Origin: Candidatus Latescibacterota bacterium | GTDB lineage: Bacteria > Krumholzibacteriota > Krumholzibacteriia > WVZY01 | DNA: 64,000 bases | Direction of reading: 5' to 3' | Assembly: GCA_963791045.1 (NCBI GenBank) | Contig: CAWBQK010000017.1 | Span: forward strand, 96,001 to 160,000 | In this document: in pieces, positions 60,250 to 64,000 of the stretch | Position numbering within the stretch: the first letter of the stretch is position 1 | How the letters are laid out: each line of letters starts with the position of its first letter | Position numbers and translations under genes: made by a program | The notes under the pieces: model-generated | Told to the model about the DNA's origin: nothing | Database searches by the model: none | Seen by the model: only the letters and a program-made list of their open reading frames with translations

Positions 60250-61893
60250 GCAAGTATTTAAAATTCAAAACACCGGCGTTGGCTCAGGCCAAAGATCTGA
60301 AGTCGGATTACGGCCTCAAGAATCATGGCCTCGAAGGACTCTACTCGGTGTACTGGAACCTGCCGGACCCGGCGTTGTACGAAGAGATCGTTTTTCGGAA
60401 CGAAGGCAAAATTGCGCACGAGGGTCCCATCCTGGTTGACACCGGGCGACACACAGCCCGGGCTGCGTCGGACAAATTTGTCGTGAAGGAGACATCCACC
60501 GAGGACAAGATATGGTGGGGCGTCTACAACCGTCCGTTCAGCACCGAGAAGTTCAACGGGTTGATGGCGCGTGTTCAGGCGTACTGCCAGGACGAAGAAG
60601 TGTTCGTCCAGGATTGTTATGCCGGGGCGGATCCGGATTACAGACTAAAAGTCCGGATTATTACGGAGAAAGCATGGCACAGTCTTTTTGTCCGGAACAT
60701 GTTTATCACCATTGACGATCAGGACACTTTGAAGAAGTTTATTCCTGATTTCACCGTCATTACGCTCGACGGGTTCAAGGTGGATCCAAAGATCGACGGC
60801 ACCCGCAGTTCGACGGGCATCGTCTTGAACTTCGATCAGCGTGTGGCCGTTATATGCAACTCTCTCTACGGCGGGGAAATCAAGAAGTCGGTATTTACCG
60901 TCCTCAATTTTCTTCTGACGTTCCAGGGCGTTTTGCCGATGCATTGTTCGGCGAACGTGGGTGACGATGGCGGTGTCGCGCTCTTCTTCGGTCTTAGCGG
61001 AACGGGAAAAACCACGCTTTCGGCGGATCCGACGCGACGGCTCATCGGGGATGATGAACACGGGTGGAGTTCCACTGGGGTATTCAATTTCGAGGGTGGG
61101 TGTTATGCAAAGGTGATCAGGCTTTCGGCCGAACACGAACCGCAGATCTATGCCACAACCCGCCGTTTTCGGACGATTCTCGAGAACGTGGTATTCGATC
61201 CGATTAGCCGCAGAATCGATCTCGATGACGACATACTTACCGAAAATACCAGGGCGTCGTACCCGATCGAATTCATACCCAATGGGGTTGGGGAAGGCTA
61301 TGTCCATACACATCCGAAGGACATCATATTTCTCACGTGCGACGCCTCGGGAGTCATGCCTCCGATCGCAAGGCTAAGCCCGGAACAAGCGCAGTATCAC
61401 TTTATTAGCGGATACACCTCAAAGATCGCTGGAACTGAGATCGGTCTGGGTATCGAACCCGAGATCACCTTCAGCGCGTGTTTTGGGGCGCCGTTCATGG
61501 TCAGGCATCCATTTGAGTATGCCGAGATGCTCAAGGCCCGGATGCTCAAACACGGCGCCCGGTGTTGGCTCGTCAATACCGGTTGGGTCGGTGGGCGTTT
61601 TGGCGTCGGGCAAGCGGATCAGCATCCGCCATACGAGAAACCTTCTCGATGCGGCGCTCACCGGGAAGCTCGACGATGTTAAATACCGCAAGGACAAGCT
61701 GTTCGGTTTCAAGGTGCCGGAGACGTGCCCGGACGTTCCGGAAGATGTGCTCGAACCGTCGAGCTCGTGGGGCGACAAAGATGAATACTGGAAGAAGTAT
61801 GACGCCCTTGTAGCGCGGTTTGTCGAGAACTTCAAGCTGTTTGAGGAAGGGTGTTCTCGCGAAGTTATCGACGCCGGCCCCAAACGCTTGTAA
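60246..61893 (+). CDS. pckA: Phosphoenolpyruvate carboxykinase (ATP), frameshift near 61610
   Basis: YGGEIKKS, MHCSAN, FFGLSGTGKTTLS, LIGDDEHGW, FNFEGGCYAK, TENTR, FSACFGAPF, LVNTGW. Confidence 0.95.
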
Positions 61894-61917
61894 CAGCGTA
61901 GGTGTGACGAGAAGTTC

Positions 61918-61972
61918 AAAAACTCGGCCGTCCGGACGTGCAGAAAAGCAAAAGTTCGGACGGCCGTTTTGC
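61918..61972 (+). terminator. Hairpin/terminator after pckA
   Basis: CGGCCGTCCGGAC/GTTCGGACGGCCG stem followed by TTTT. Confidence 0.55.
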
Positions 61973-62373
61973 GTGTTCCGTCACACGGGTTTTCTGGCAG
62001 ACGAAATGATAACTGAGTAGTAAACGGCGCGGCTGACTTAGTGAAAAGATTAACAAGCGGGCGAAATATTGAGCTTTCAAGTCGTAGTCCTTGCGGCAGT
62101 TCCGACAATCTGATAATCTCGGTTTGAAAATAATTTGGTGATCGGAGAGTTGTGGCTGGGACAAGAATGCATGCCGAACGGTTCGCTTGCCTCTTTATCG
62201 AGTTAACTACAAGCGTGTAATCAGGCTTTGAATATATTGACCGTTTGTGAAACGCGAAGGGCGAATTCAAGCGGGTCGGGTTTTTGTCCCTCATAATGGC
62301 GTCGGTCGGTGATTTCAAGTGAATGATTTCTCTTGCCGGTGTCTTGGACTTGAACGGATCAGGAGGTGTATCA

Positions 62374-63687
62374 ATGCCGGAAAAGAAGGACAGTGTTACC
62401 ATAACCGATAACCGGACTGGTAAGACATACGAGTTGCCGATTTCATACGGGGTTTACCCGGAATACGGCGCCGCGATCAACGCAATGGAACTGCGGAATA
62501 TCAAAGTGTCCGACACTGATTTCGGACTTCTCGCGTACGATGCCAGTTTTAAGAACACCGCTTCTTGCAGGAGCTCGATAACGTTTATCGACGGCGAAAA
62601 GGGGATTCTGCGTTACCGAGGGTATCCGATCGACGAACTCGCCGAAAAGAGCACCTTCCTGGAAGTTGCGCATCTGATTCTGAACGGGGAGCTGCCGACG
62701 AAGTCCGAACTGGCGGATTGGAAAAACGAGATCACCCATCACACCATGATCCATGAGAAGGTCAAGGAGTTGATGAACGGGTTCCGGTTTAACGCTCATC
62801 CCATGGGTATGTTTGTCAGCACTGTGGCGGCTCTCTCGACATATTATCCCGATGCACGCGATATCGCCTGCGAAGAGTGCCGGGACGAGCAGGTCGTCCG
62901 TTTGATCGCGAAGGTTCCGACGATCGCGGCGTTTGCATACCGCGACAGCGTCGGCTTCCCATATGTGTATCCGGACAACGAACTCAGCTTCAGCGGCAAC
63001 TTCTTGAACATGATGTTCAAGATGACCGAGCAGAAGTATACGCCGGACCCGATCCTTGAACACGTCCTGGATGTTCTTTTTATTCTTCACGCCGATCACG
63101 AACAAAACTGCAGCACCAGCGCGATGCGCGTCGTCGGCAGCTCGTTCTCCGATCCGTACAGCGCCGTCGCCGCCGCTGCCGCCGCCCTCTACGGGCCGCT
63201 GCATGGGGGCGCCAACGAAAAGGTGCTTCGTATGCTCAGGGAAATCGGCAGCAAAGACAATGTGCCGGAATACATCAAGAAGGTGAAGGACGGCGAATTC
63301 CTGCTTATGGGATTCGGTCACAGGGTGTACAAGAACTACGATCCGCGCGCGTCGGTTCTCAAAGCGCTCGCGCCGAAAGTGTTCGAGGTAACCGGCATCA
63401 ACCCGCTTCTTGAGATTGCCGTTGAACTCGAACGAATCGCCCTCGAAGATGATTTCTTCGTGAAGAGGAAGCTGTACCCGAACGTTGATTTCTATTCGGG
63501 AATCATCTACCAGGCGATGGGTTTCCCGGTCGCGATGTTCCCCGTGCTTTTCGCCATCGGCCGTACCGTGGGTTGGCTGGCCCAGTGGCAGGAGATGCTC
63601 ACGGACACCGATCAGAAGATCGCGAGACCGCGCCAGATTTATACGGGCGCCGACTTGAGGGAATACGTGGAAATGAAAAAACGCTAA
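62374..63687 (+). CDS. gltA: Citrate synthase (type II)
   Basis: GILRYRGYPI, HPM, LHADHEQNCST, GPLHGGAN, MGFGHRVYKNYDPRA, YPNVDFYSG. Confidence 0.96.
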   Translation: MPEKKDSVTITDNRTGKTYELPISYGVYPEYGAAINAMELRNIKVSDTDFGLLAYDASFKNTASCRSSITFIDGEKGILRYRGYPIDELAEKSTFLEVAHLILNGELPTKSELADWKNEITHHTMIHEKVKELMNGFRFNAHPMGMFVSTVAALSTYYPDARDIACEECRDEQVVRLIAKVPTIAAFAYRDSVGFPYVYPDNELSFSGNFLNMMFKMTEQKYTPDPILEHVLDVLFILHADHEQNCSTSAMRVVGSSFSDPYSAVAAAAAALYGPLHGGANEKVLRMLREIGSKDNVPEYIKKVKDGEFLLMGFGHRVYKNYDPRASVLKALAPKVFEVTGINPLLEIAVELERIALEDDFFVKRKLYPNVDFYSGIIYQAMGFPVAMFPVLFAIGRTVGWLAQWQEMLTDTDQKIARPRQIYTGADLREYVEMKKR

Positions 63688-63754
63688 TCCCTGAGGGCGC
63701 ATCGAGAGCGTGGGGGCGGAAGCCTTCGCATTGTCGATTGGTATCCGCAAGAAA

Positions 63755-63797
63755 GAACCGGTTGCCGGGGCCTCGGAGCTCCGGCAACCGGTTTTCG
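63755..63797 (+). terminator. Intrinsic terminator after gltA
   Basis: GAACCGGTTGCCGGGGC/GCTCCGGCAACCGGTTT stem followed by T residues. Confidence 0.65.
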
Positions 63798-63846
63798 TTC
63801 GTTGGCGTCTGTAAGCTTCCTTGCAAATAGTTGAAAGGACCGGGCC

Positions 63847-64000
63847 ATGTCCAGGACTGTGCGATTCGTCGTCTCCGCCGCTTGTGTGTTTGTTGCGATT
63901 GGCGGATGCGTCAAACCCAACGGAAAGAATTCGAATGTGCGTGAAATTGTCGAAAGAGAGCGAGCGTTCGCCTCGACGGCGGTTGAACGCGGCATACGGT
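63847..64000 (+). CDS. Lipoprotein, probable NTF2/DUF4440-like N-terminus (runs off window)
   Basis: AAAGGA RBS; MSRTVRFVVSAACVFVAIGGC lipobox, then IVERERAFASTAVERGIR. Confidence 0.5.
   Translation, partial: MSRTVRFVVSAACVFVAIGGCVKPNGKNSNVREIVERERAFASTAVERGIR

Noticed and set aside
1-64000. CRISPR arrays, tRNA/rRNA, transposases, prophage or defence genes
   Set aside because: No spaced direct repeats, cloverleafs, integrase/transposase motifs or phage genes were seen by eye.

Overview
A 64 kb window of core bacterial chromosome with about 55 protein-coding genes. I saw no rRNA, tRNA, CRISPR array or mobile element. Outer-membrane beta-barrels, lipoproteins, a T9SS/FlgD-like C-terminal domain and a terminal STWGxxKxLY motif suggest a Gram-negative FCB-type lineage such as Krumholzibacteria/Latescibacteria (inference). 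Many genes carry 1-nt indel frameshifts (gatE, gatD, glnS, pckA and others), most likely long-read assembly errors. Main points of interest: (1) an archaeal-type gatE-gatD pair in the same window as a glutaminyl-tRNA synthetase; (2) an eight-gene putative sphingolipid/aminolipid cluster (SPT-like synthase, acetoacetate-decarboxylase-fold protein lacking the catalytic Lys, lipid kinase, acyltransferase, Tam41-like nucleotidyltransferase, CDP-alcohol phosphotransferase, DedA/VTT protein, radical SAM enzyme) with no recognisable ceramide synthase; (3) a six-CxxCH multiheme cytochrome ending in a T9SS-like sorting domain, divergent from a secreted protein with a different C-terminal motif; (4) a two-subunit molybdoenzyme near a Moco operon with a MOT1 transporter; (5) a DUF6588-like barrel followed by two paralogous lipoproteins; (6) tricorn protease-aspC-pckA-gltA. 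All family calls come from motif recognition by eye; no searches were run.
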